Source of the DNA: Callorhinchus milii
Lineage: Eukaryota
Length of the DNA: 64,000 nucleotides
Assembly (NCBI RefSeq): GCF_018977255.1
Contig: NW_024704742.1
Coordinates: 111,292,001 to 111,356,000 of the forward strand
Direction of reading: 5' to 3'
The position numbers were made by a program, and so were the translations under genes. Positions 1 to 10,963 of the stretch are shown one piece after another; within the stretch, counting starts at the first letter, position 1; the number at the start of each line of letters is the position of its first letter. The notes beneath the pieces are model-generated. The model was not told the origin of the DNA, did not search any database, and was given only the letters and a program-made list of their open reading frames with translations.

Positions 1-2269
1 TAATTTTGTTGTTGATGTTGTTGACATCACACAGAATAAGTTCCAATTTGTTTCAATTACATTTCCAAGTCAATACACTAATTAACTATAGAGCTGCTGT
101 AAATAAACAGTTTATTTTGGTGGTGTTTATTTTGCGCCAATGTCAGCAGTCATTTACAGAAAACAATCTGAATCAAGCAGGTGAACTGTGCAATTTGTTA
201 CAGAGATGCCATCAGACTTTAAACATATTGACTATTTTAAATTTAACAGATACTAATTGTGAACTAAATAATTATACGCAATCACCTAATCAGCAAAACA
301 GCAATTGGATTACAATAATTAAGATGAATCTTTGTAATACTGTATTAGTAGCACAGCATTCATCTGGTTGCAACAAATATACTATCGTATGTTACAAAAA
401 TGTATTTAAGTTTCATATCGAATGCATATGGTATTGCACCTTCTTTCAAAGTAAGTCTGGTCTGTATTTGCATGCACGTGTGCGTGCGCACGCGTGTGTG
501 TATGCATACATGTACAGAGAGATAGAGAAAGAGATCAGCAAGGGAGAGCAGTCCCTGGAGAAGTCCCTCTCCAGTTTCTGGCGTAATTACCAGTATTACC
601 TCAGTGATGAATTGAGATGACATGAGAAAACATCATGTCACCTAAGCTGAAATGGATACAAGTATCATTTGAACTCCAAGATAGAGCTACTCCACGTTGT
701 CTTACGCAATCATGTGTTAACATCCCATAGAAGTTCTAATTTGTTCAGATCATATTTCTAAGATAATACACAAGTCAACTATCCAGCTCCTGCACTAGTG
801 ATTGCTGGCTGGACACACAGTTTTTGACATGTCAGGAAGACGAGAGAATATTTAAAGCCAGCCAGAAACAGGGGGCATCATCCATGGCAAATACAGTATT
901 AACAGTTAGGATGCTCCATGCAATTGATGTACAGTGACATTTTTAGTAAAAGATAAAATGACTGTTCTATAATTATCAAGCAGCCTGAGGTGGATCACCA
1001 AAAATGAACATATAGTAAAACTCACAAAAGTCATATCAATCAGAACCATAAAATTTAATATGACTTATGTGAAGTCGGAGTTACAGGCAAACTGTTAAAG
1101 TGGTATAAAATCCGATTTAATCGATAACCTGCAGGCGTAATTCAATGCAGCCGGTAAGTGTGCATTCAGTGACGGATCAAGACTGTTTCCCTTAATTCAA
1201 TGTGTTTTGACCCATCGCCACATGTGCAGTTACCAGCAAGCATTGGAATTGGATTGGATTGCGGGAAATGAAGTTCTTCTGCACATGTAGTGACGAGTCA
1301 AGACTACAGTTCCCGCAATTCAATGCAGCCAGCCATAAGTGTGCATATCTCAACGGACCAGAATTTCATTCAATGCAACCGGTAAATGAAGGAGTAATGG
1401 GGGATCAGGGAGTAGCATTATGAGTTAGGAGATGATTAATATGACTAGTGTAAAGAAATCTAAGCAGTTTTGATTGGAAACTGAATGGGACTCAGGTGCA
1501 TGTACGACTTAAGTGATTATATGATTTAGAAAGATTTTACTTCAGTCAGAATATAACTGACATTTATATAGTACTTTTCACATTGGGAGCAAATCTCAAA
1601 ATGCTTCACAGCTGGTTGGGCACCTGACCTTTGTGGGGAGGGGGGGGCCTTTATGAATAACAAGAGCAGCCAAGCCTGTAGGGTCACAGGAGGTGACAGA
1701 GATAGGGTGGGGTAAGACATGGAGACAAATTGAAAGCAAGGATGAAGAACTTGAATTTGATCGACTAGAAAGAAAATGGCACAGAGTGAGTGAGGTTGGG
1801 GGGGTGATGGTTTGGCGATCCTGGTACGGTAGATTTTAAAGGTTACAAAATCAATCTACAGCCTCAGTTTAACAGTAGAAAGTTACAACTCCTCCAGGAC
1901 ATGACATCTCCAGACAATTGGTCAGACAAGCATTAGACCTGGAATCGAGGATAGCGAGAGAGAGATAGACATGGGTGTCACCCATGTTATTGTGGAAGTG
2001 GATCCAGATGTCTATGGATGATCACTTACTTTAATAACATGATAATTTAAATATCCCTAAAAAACCCACTTGAAAACTTAAGTTTCTTACAGACTTATAA
2101 AACACACAAAATGCTCAATATACTGTACAGCCAATTTAAATTCAATAAACCAATCTACAGTACACTGATTTGTATCCATCCTTTTCACAATGATTTTAAA
2201 TAGGAGTCAGATGTTCATTTTTGCCCAGGCCACAATTGTACAATAATAATATAAATATTTTCTCCATTT

Positions 2270-2586
2270 GGTATAGGCACTTTATCACATTATCAAGATA
2301 TCTCAAAACGCTTCACAAGATTTTAATGTGACGTGTCGTGACTGGGTATTTGTAGGCAACAGGCAGCCACATTGCTTACAGCATTATTCCACAGACTACC
2401 ATAAAGGGAATGACTAATTTTTTCAGTTTCATGTCTCATCCAAAGGTTGACCTCCCAACAAAGCACTACTTCCCCAGTACTAAACTGGAGTGTTACCTTA
2501 GATTGTGAGTTCAAAGTCCCACGTGAGCCTTGAACTCACAACCTTCTGACTCGCAGTATGCTTTCAACTGAGCCAGGCTAACACCT
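2270..2586 (-). mobile_element. Internally deleted Deu-domain SINE
   Basis: cagtactaaactggagtgt...cacaaccttctgactc...actgagccaggctaacacc. Confidence 0.7.
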
Positions 2587-3920
2587 AATGTTATCAATAT
2601 TCTTAAAGTACAACAGCTTCAAGGTATAGATGAACTGGATTTTTACAAAAGAATACCCAATACTTGGAGAACACTGTGCATTACTTTGAAGGATCTATAT
2701 CTGATTATTTTAGCCCTTACCTATAAATACCTGTGGCTGTTTTCATTGTTTAATCACTGGCAAAACACAAGCGATTTTCTGCAAATATTTAGCTGAAATG
2801 TTCAGTATGTGTTCAATATGCATTTATGTGTTCTGTTGTGGAGCTGGCATTTAAAATGTTAACTGAATGGCTCTTGCCGATGAACCTCACGACTGCAAGT
2901 AACTCCTTCTAACAACATTTGTTAAAATATGTTCCATTAAAGTTAGTGGATCCCCTCAAACCTCAATGCCCTATAATCCCAGATAAGATAATTATTTTAC
3001 CATAGGTTTGACATATGTTTTAGCTTTTACTGGACTGATTCATTGCTTAAATATTTGGGTCTTACCCACTTTCAGCATTCTTTGGGCGTTTTATAGCTTA
3101 TCCCTGCTCTTTCTCTAAATAACACTAATAACACTGGAAGTTGCTGGTCTTCTTTCTCCAAAACATTTGTTTACCCTTGGATCTCTGTAATGGGCAATGC
3201 AAAGCTGGACTGATATGAAAATATGAACTTACAAACACAGGCAAATATTCAGAACTGAAAATCTAATTTATTATTACACTTTGAATTTAAAAATAAAATT
3301 CTTTGTGATCCATTTAAGTCCCTGAAAAGTACATAAAAGTTTGTTTGATTTTATAATACAGTTAGTGCTCTCCATTGTATTTAGTTCATTTTTACTCATT
3401 TGTGGTCTGTCGCTTTAGTGAGAAGCAGAAAGGAAATGTAAAACCTTTTATTACTGCAAAGTAGAAAACAGCTTAAGGCCTGCTGATATAGAGCAACTTG
3501 CAGGCTGTGTATAAAAATTCATCAAGCTTCACTGTGTTCCAAGTGGAGCATTAAACAATGACCATTTTTGGATCATCAGGTCGCCACCGAAGGCATGTTG
3601 CATACGTGATGTGCCGCTGAAGCCACTCCCTTCGCCGAGTGATGTTAGCAACACTTCCTGCATGTGCTCAGCACACATAAACTGAGATCAGCACAACGTA
3701 GCACATACATGTGCAGGAAGTGACATCGGTGCCAACCTGACAAACTGGAAGTCAGATTATGTTTGCGCTGAAAGGATGTATTCCACAGCACACAGTAGAC
3801 CCCACGTTACAATTGAGGTACTATAATGGGATACTCCTGTGTAAATAAAATTTACATTGATATATCCCTCAGGAGAATAGCCAATTGTGCAGGGATAGAT
3901 GATCTGCTACTCCTGATATT

Positions 3921-4670
3921 GGGTGTCATCCTGGCTCAGCTATTAGCACTCGTGGAGTCCTGTAGCTCAGTGGTTAGAGCACTCGCTTTGCAAGCGAGAG
4001 ACCTGAGTTCAATTCCAGGCAGGGCGAAACCTTGGGCAAGTTTCCTTACTCCACACACCTAATAATAATCCCTCCAAAACAAAACAATAATAATTTGGTC
4101 ATTTTCAATCTACGACTGTTTGTGGGACATTGCTGTGCGCAATTGGCTGCCGCGTTCGCCCACAAATATACAGTCAATTCACTTTACAGTGTGTTCTGTG
4201 AAGCGCTTTGGGACGTCCTCCCGACGTGAAAAGCGCTATAATAATAATAATAATAATCCTTGCATTTGATATATCAAATGCAAAGATTATTATTATTACT
4301 CTAAGAAGGCCCCATGTTTTGAACTTTGAACTTGTAGACTGGGCTGACATTCCAATGTAGTCCTGGGGATGCACTGCATTGTTGGAAATGCCAACGTTCA
4401 GATGAGATATAAACTGAGGTTCTATTTACCTGTTTAGGTGGATGTTAAAGATCATGTGACACCATTGAAAAAAGTGCGTTTCTCCTGGTGTCCTAGCCAA
4501 CAAACCCCTAATAAAATTGGGCATTCACATCATGACTATTTATAGAGCATTGTCATAAATTCGCTGTCACATTTGCCCACAAAATACACAGACACTACAA
4601 TTTACAGTATGAAACTTTGAACCGTTCTTCTGATATGAAAGTCACGATATTAAATGCAAGGATTAGATTA
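3921..4670 (+). mobile_element. Deu-domain SINE (SacSINE1/AmnSINE1-like), interrupted by the young SINE
   Basis: Head gggtgtcatcctggctcag at 3921. Deu-like core gctgacattccaatgtag...cagatgagat...aggtggatgttaaagatc...tctcctggtgtcctagccaac at about 4340-4500. Confidence 0.8.
3954..4298 (+). mobile_element. Full-length young SINE with tRNA-Ala-like head
   Basis: A-box TAGCTCAGTGG, anticodon arm ctcgc-tttgcaa-gcgag (TGC), B-box GTTCAATTCC, L2-like tail and (ATT)n. Near-identical to the 41535 copy. Confidence 0.9.
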
Positions 4671-6920
4671 ACATCATTATACAATGCCACGAAAAATTAA
4701 ATCTAATATGTGAGGATGAAATTCCAAGTTATGTATAAATTATATTTTGCTCACAATTACAACAGTTAAAATAATGGAAAGCTGACTGCACTTGTGTTTG
4801 TTTAATGCAGCACTGCAATGACAGTAAAATTATTACTCACTTGCATTTATTAATATTAAGAGACAACTCCATGCACTACTCATAATTTTTCTAGTAATAT
4901 TCAGGCTTTATAATAACATTTTACAGTTGTTTCAATGTCTATACAATTCCATGCTAAGCAATAGCTTTTTTTTAAAAAATGGAGCTTATTAAAATAATTC
5001 TTTAAGCTGCTCTGACTGTTTAGTTGGCTCCTGATCAGAGCTGCCATTCTACATGCAATATCCTGCTTCTCGGAATGATGAGATATCCTGAGGTGCCATC
5101 TCAGCACTTATTATGTGATCACAAGAGAAGTTCAGATGAACAAAGGTTTCCAGCCTATTTGATCTTATCCTGCCAAAATTTCCTATTACAGCCCTACCGT
5201 TTTCCTATTACAACATCAAGCTGTTTTGTAAATGAATCCAGTACCCAAGCCTCAACCATCCTTCCCAATAACCCATTCCAGCTGTTGATTACCTTCTGGA
5301 TGAAGAAATACTTCCTCACGTCAGTCTTCAACAACCCATCACAAAACCTGTAGTTTTTTTTCCACAGAGGTTGATTAACAACTGGAACTGGTTACCAGAA
5401 ATGGTTGTTGTGGCCAATTGCTCGAGTCATTTAAAAAACATCTTGATGCTATAATTGGAAGACAATTGGATTGATATGCTGGATAGGTGATCAAATGGGC
5501 CATAACTCTCTCATGATCATGTTTTGATACATTTGGTACACCTGAAAATATTATTCTATTTAGAATATTTATTCTATTTAGTATTAATAATAACATTAAT
5601 ACTTGCATTTGATATAGTGCCTTATCACGTCTTCAAGACATTTTTCAGTATAATTATGAGGAAGTTAACTGAATTGTATCAATATAACATCCATAATGTC
5701 AAAACAACTCACAGTGCTTCAGAAAGTTTCTATAAAGTGTAGTGACACTTTATTTCTACACTCTATTTGTAGACAAATGCGGAAATCAATTTGCGTACAG
5801 AAATCTCCAACAAACAGCTATTGGGCAATGACCAGATTTAATTGTGGGATCGTTCCACTGGACACTGGGAGAAACTCCTTTCTCTTTTCGGGTAGTGTCA
5901 TGAAATCTTTAACATCAACCTGAACAGGCAAACAGGACCTTGATTTAAAATTCCCCCAGCATTACAATGGATTGTCAGGCTAGACTATAAGCACAATGCA
6001 AAGCAAGTCCAGCATCCCGTCTATTGCTGTTTAAAACTGTTTGGCCATGGGGAGCAACAAGTCAACAATGCCCCTAGATCTCTTTCAACTTCCCTCTTGA
6101 CAATACCATCCTATCATAGAGTACATTCTGTTCGCAGCCAGAATACAATACAATACAAAATCACATTTGTGTAGCGCCTTTCAAGACAGGAGGACCTCCC
6201 AAGGTGCTGTAAGTGAATAGGCATTCAAAATCAGCACCTAAAACCAATACATCACAGCAAGTAAAGTTAATTTCATGACATGAAGCTTTCTGTTTTCAAA
6301 TCATTTCACCTTTAGTTTTGTACCAATGCTGCATAAAAGCTGAAGGTCATGGTGAAATGGTAACTCTGATCAGAAACTAAGCTGGGAACTGCTGTGTCAT
6401 TACAAAAATAGTGAATTCTATGAAAGACTGTGCAATCATTGAAGTAACTGAAAGGCAAAATCGTTTTGAGATGTCACCCCTTGATCCATTACTCCACTAT
6501 CTGTCACTTTAAACCAGGATCCAGACTTTAAACGGGTTCTACCTTCTGAACAGATTACAGTTACACAGAAGATCCATTCGCAATAACTAAACTTGGACTT
6601 CTATGTTACATCGAATCCTCAAGCGTCTGATCTCCTGATACGGTGCAAATGTGTTTGTGGCGACATGTTCTTCGAGGGGGGAAAAAAAGCTATGTTAATT
6701 ACAACAGGTTCCACTGCGCTAAATATAAATAACCAAGGGGGGGGGGGTGGGGTGGGGGGGGTTGTGCACAGAAAAAAAATACTGTTAAGAGACCAGCCTG
6801 ATTCGGGGAGATAAGGAGATTCGCTCCTGGTTTGGGAAATCTGGGTTTTCTGGGGTTTTAGCCTCTTAACAAGATGTGCAAGATGTTGATATTGACTGGT
6901 TGAAAGTCAGCATCTGATCC

Positions 6921-8483
6921 CAGCCCAACCAGCAGCTCAGAGAGACATGTTACACTCTCAGCACACACACACCAGCACAACCAGCAGCTCAGAGAGACAT
7001 GTTACACTCTCAGCACACACACACCAGCACAACCAGCAGCTCAGAGACATGTTACACCCTCAGCACACACACACCAGCACAACCAGCAGCTCAGAGAGAC
7101 ATGTTACACCCTCAGCACACACACACCAGCACAACCAGCAGCTCAAAGAGACATGTTACACTCTCAGCACACACACACCAGCAGCTCAGAGAGACATGTT
7201 ATACCCTCTGCACACACACACACACACCAGCACAACCAGTACAACCAGCAGCTCAGAGACATGTTACACCCTCAGCACACACAGACACACACGCACCAGC
7301 ACAACCAGCAGCTCAGAGAGACATGTTAAACCCTCAGCACACACACACCAGCACAACCAGCAGCTCAGAGAGACATGTTACACCCTCAGCACACACACAC
7401 CAGCACAACCAGCAGCTCAGAGACATGTTACACCCTCAGCACACACACACCAGCACAACCAGCAGCTCAAAGAGACATGTTACACTCTCAGCACACACAC
7501 ACCAGCACAACCAGCAGCTCAGAGAGACATGTTACACCCTCAGCACACACACACACACCAGCACAACCAGCAGCTCAAAGAGACATGTTACACCCTCAGC
7601 ACACACACACCAGCAGCTCAGAGAGACATGTTATACCCTCTGCACACACACCAGCACAACCAGTACAACCAGCAGCTCAGAGACATGTTACACCCTCAGC
7701 AAACACAGACACACACGCACCAGCACAACCAGCAGCTCAGAGAGACATGTTACACCCTCAGCACACACACACCAGCACAACCAGCAGCTCAGAGAGACAT
7801 GTTACACCCTCAGCACACACACACCAGCACAACCAGCAGCTCAGAGACATGTTACACCCTCAGCACACACACACCAGCACAACCAGCAGCTCAAAGAGAC
7901 ATGTTACACTCTCAGCACACACACACCAGCACAACCAGCAGCTCAAAGAGACATGTTACACTCTCAGCACACACACACCAGCACAACCAGCAGCTCAGAG
8001 AGACATGTTACACTCTCAGCACACACACACCAGCACAACCAGCAGCTCAGAGACATGTTACACCCTCAGCACACACACACCAGCACAACCAGCAGCTCAA
8101 AGAGACATGTTACACTCTCAGCACACACACACCAGCAGCTCAGAGAGACATGTTATACCCTCTGCACACACACACACACACACACCAGCACAACCAGTAC
8201 AACCAGCAGCTCAGAGACATGTTACACCCTCAGCACACACAGACACACACGCACCAGCACAACCAGCAGCTCAGAGACATGTTACACTCTCAGCACACAC
8301 ACACACACACCAGCACAACCAGCAGCTCAGAGAGACATGTTACACCCTCAGCACACACACACCAGCAGCTCAGAGAGACATGTTATACCCTCTGCACACA
8401 CACACACACCAGCACAACCAGTACAACCAGCAGCTCAGAGACATGTTACACTCTCAGCACACACACACCAGCACAACCAGCAG
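6921..8483. repeat. Minisatellite, about 52-bp unit, roughly 30 copies
   Basis: Unit cagcacaaccagcagctcagagagacatgttacaccctcagcacacacacac, with variable (GA) and (CA) lengths. Confidence 0.97.
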
Positions 8484-8614
8484 GGTCAGGTATCCCGGGC
8501 TTCACACAGACGCCTTGATACACAAACACACACACACACAAAACAAACAGACGGGACAGTGGCTCAGTCTCCTCGCACAGCCCAACCTGCTGCACATTTC
8601 GCATTTCACACCCG

Positions 8615-8638
8615 TGTTGTTGTTGTTGTTGTTGTTCC

Positions 8639-8666
<28 letters not shown>
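8615..8666. repeat. (GTT)n plus (CA)n microsatellites
   Basis: Directly visible. Confidence 0.95.
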
Positions 8667-8670
<4 letters not shown>

Positions 8671-8726
8671 AAGCAATTCAGCAATTCTCTTTTGATTTCC
8701 AGCAGAGCAGGAGGAGAGAGCAAACA

Positions 8727-8938
8727 TAACAACAGCAACAACAACAACAACAATACAACAACAACAACAATACAACAACAACAACAACAACACAACAACA
8801 ACAACAACAACAATACAACAACAACAACAGTACAACAACAACAACAACAACACAACAACAACAACAACAACAATACAACAACAACAACAATACAACAACA
8901 ACAATACAACAACAACAGTACAACAACAACAACAACAA
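8727..8938. repeat. Interrupted (AAC)n microsatellite
   Basis: About 210 bp of AAC with regular AAT/AGT/CAC interruptions. Confidence 0.97.
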
Positions 8939-9084
8939 TGATGAAGGTCTCGCAGGCGGACGGTCTGCAGGTGAGAGCGGAGAGCAGATACAGCCCTGAA
9001 GCCGATGGACCGAGAGAGACGCTGTTCCGATAAAAAGTTGTCGGTGTTATTTCTGGTCGGTCCCGTCCGTCCCTGAAAACTCAC

Positions 9085-9270
9085 TCGCAGTTGTTCTCCA
9101 GCGGAGGGTCTGAGTGGGTCCCCGGGGAGAGGGGGGAGAGGAGAGGGGGGAGAGGGGGACAGTCAGCAGCAGGTCCTGGTCCTGGTCCTGGTCCTCAGCC
9201 GCTGCTCTCTCTCTCTCTCTCTCTCTCACTGTGTGTCTGTGTCTCCACAGTCAGGACACGCACGCGCGCC
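9085..9270 (-). other. Putative non-coding first exon and CpG promoter of a leftward gene, possibly ADGRV1 by synteny
   Basis: CpG-rich island at about 8940-9270 in AT-rich DNA. Minus-strand GTGAGT donor at 9084-9079; no minus-strand ATG in the exon. ADGRV1 is recalled to lie head-to-head with LYSMD3 in other vertebrates. No coding sequence seen. Confidence 0.45.
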
Positions 9271-9970
9271 TCTCCCTCTCTCTCTCTCTCCATCCCTCTA
9301 TCCCTCCCTCTCCATCCCTCCCTCTCTCCATCCCTCCCTCCCTCTCCATCCCTCCCTCCCTCTCCCTCCCTCCCTCTCCATCCCTCCATCCCTCCCTCTC
9401 CCTCCCTCCCTCTCCATCCCTCCATCCCTCCCTCTCCCTCCCTCCCTCCCTCCATCCCTTCATCCCTCCCTCGCTCTCCATCCCTCCATCCCTCCCTCTC
9501 CATCCCTCCCTCTCCATTCCTCCCTCTCCATCCCTCCATCCCTCCCTCTCCCTCCCTCCCTCTCCATCCCTCCATCCCTCCCTCACTCTCCATCCCTCCA
9601 TCCCTCCCTCTCCCTCCCTCCCTCTCCATCCCTCCCTCTCCATTCCTCCCTCTCCATCCCTCCCTCTCCCTCCCTCCCTCTCCATCCCTCCCTCTCTCTC
9701 CCTCTCCCTCTCCCTCCATCCCTCCCTCTCTCCCTCCCTCCCTCTCCCCCTCCCTCCCTCCCTCCCTCCCTCTCCATCCCTCCCTCCCTCTCCATCCCTC
9801 CCTCTCCATCCCTCCATCCCTCCCTCTCCATCCCTCCATCCCTCCCTCTCCATCCCTCCCTCTCCATCCCTCCATCCCTCCCTCTCCATCCCTCCATCCC
9901 TCCCTCTCCATCCCTCCATCCCTCCCTCCATCCCTCTCCTCCATCCCTCCCTCTCTCTATCCCCCCCCAC
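9270..9970. repeat. Polypyrimidine low-complexity tract (CCCT/CCAT/CTCT)
   Basis: About 700 bp of ctccatccctccct-type units with almost no G on +. Confidence 0.97.
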
Positions 9971-10579
9971 CACCATTTAATTATTATTTAGGAGGTCGTC
10001 GTTATTGCTGCGGTTTGCATTTGTTTTCTCTCCCAACGCTCCTGTTCGGGACGGTGTCATTATCTGCATCTGTCGACCGCTCGTGTTTTCTCCTCCAGTT
10101 ATTGTTGTTGTTTTGGGGGTTTTTTTTCTTCTCTTTTTTTAATTTGCATTTGTTTTCTCGTGAAAACGTTATTGTTTGGGAGGCGGTGGTTGTTGTTGTT
10201 TGGGTTTATTTGTCATAATAATAATAATAATAATAAGAAGAATCCTTGCGTTTGATTTGATAAATTACATCCTTATCACATCTCCAAGACATCTCAAAGC
10301 ACTTCACAGATATATACTATAAAGTGAGGTGAAGTGACTGTGTGTGTTTAATGTTACTGTTTGGAGCGTTGTTATTGTTTTTTGCATTTGTTTTCTCTCT
10401 AATGTCATTGTTTCGGATGTTGTTATTGTTGGTGCTCTGTTTCCCACACAGAAATTCTGAGATATCGAATGTAAGGATAATTTAAGTCAAGAGTTTTTAC
10501 AGAGTTTTAGTCAGCAGAAGTTGAGTTCAGATGCTGAGAAGTTGGATTTAAGGTTTATTTTAAGGTTCCGCTTTGTTTT

Positions 10580-10963
10580 CTGACTGGAGGGAAGTGTGCG
10601 GTAGTGTCCCCCAGGGGTCGGTATTGGCGGTTTATTTATAATTCTTTCCACTGGCGGGTGAGTCAGTAACCCGAAGACACTGATTTAAAATAGTTGTTAA
10701 AAGGAACAGAGGGTAGATGAGGGGAAAGTTTTTCACACAGCGCGTTGTTCGGATCTGGAAAGCATTGCCTGAAACGGTGGTGGAAACCGATTCGATAACA
10801 GCTTTTAAGAGAGAAGTAAATAATTATTTGGGGAGGACAAGTTTGCAGGTTTATGGGGAGAGCGGGGGAATGGGATTCATTTGGATAGGTCTTTTCAAAG
10901 AGCCGGTACAGACACGATGAGCCGAACGGCCTCCTTCTGTGCTGTATAATTCTGTGATTCTAT
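10580..10963 (+). mobile_element. CR1-clade LINE, internally deleted 3' end
   Basis: gtcccccaggggtcggtattgg (VPQGSVL), FFTQRVVRIWKALPETVVE, and tail ggcctccttctgtgctgtataattctgtgattcta. Confidence 0.85.

Noticed and set aside
6..620. 204-aa ORF
   Set aside because: Starts at TTG, is AT-rich, includes a microsatellite-like run and has no recognisable domain.
3954..4030. tRNA-Ala(TGC) gene
   Set aside because: It is the head of a dispersed SINE: it runs into body and tail and has no proper acceptor stem or immediate terminator.
6921..8483. CRISPR-like repeat array
   Set aside because: No unique spacers, no cas genes, and the context is vertebrate.
1..9000. ADGRV1 coding exons (signal peptide or Calx-beta)
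   Set aside because: Manual scanning found none; a splice-bounded candidate at about 3066-3185 has stops in all frames.
6947..9084. ORFs over 500 aa in all three + frames, and overlapping minus ORFs
   Set aside because: They come from a stop-free minisatellite and (AAC)n; the same peptides cycle through frames and there is no domain.
9091..10218. Pro/Ser-rich and Gly/Glu/Arg-rich ORFs
   Set aside because: Translations of a low-complexity pyrimidine tract on both strands.
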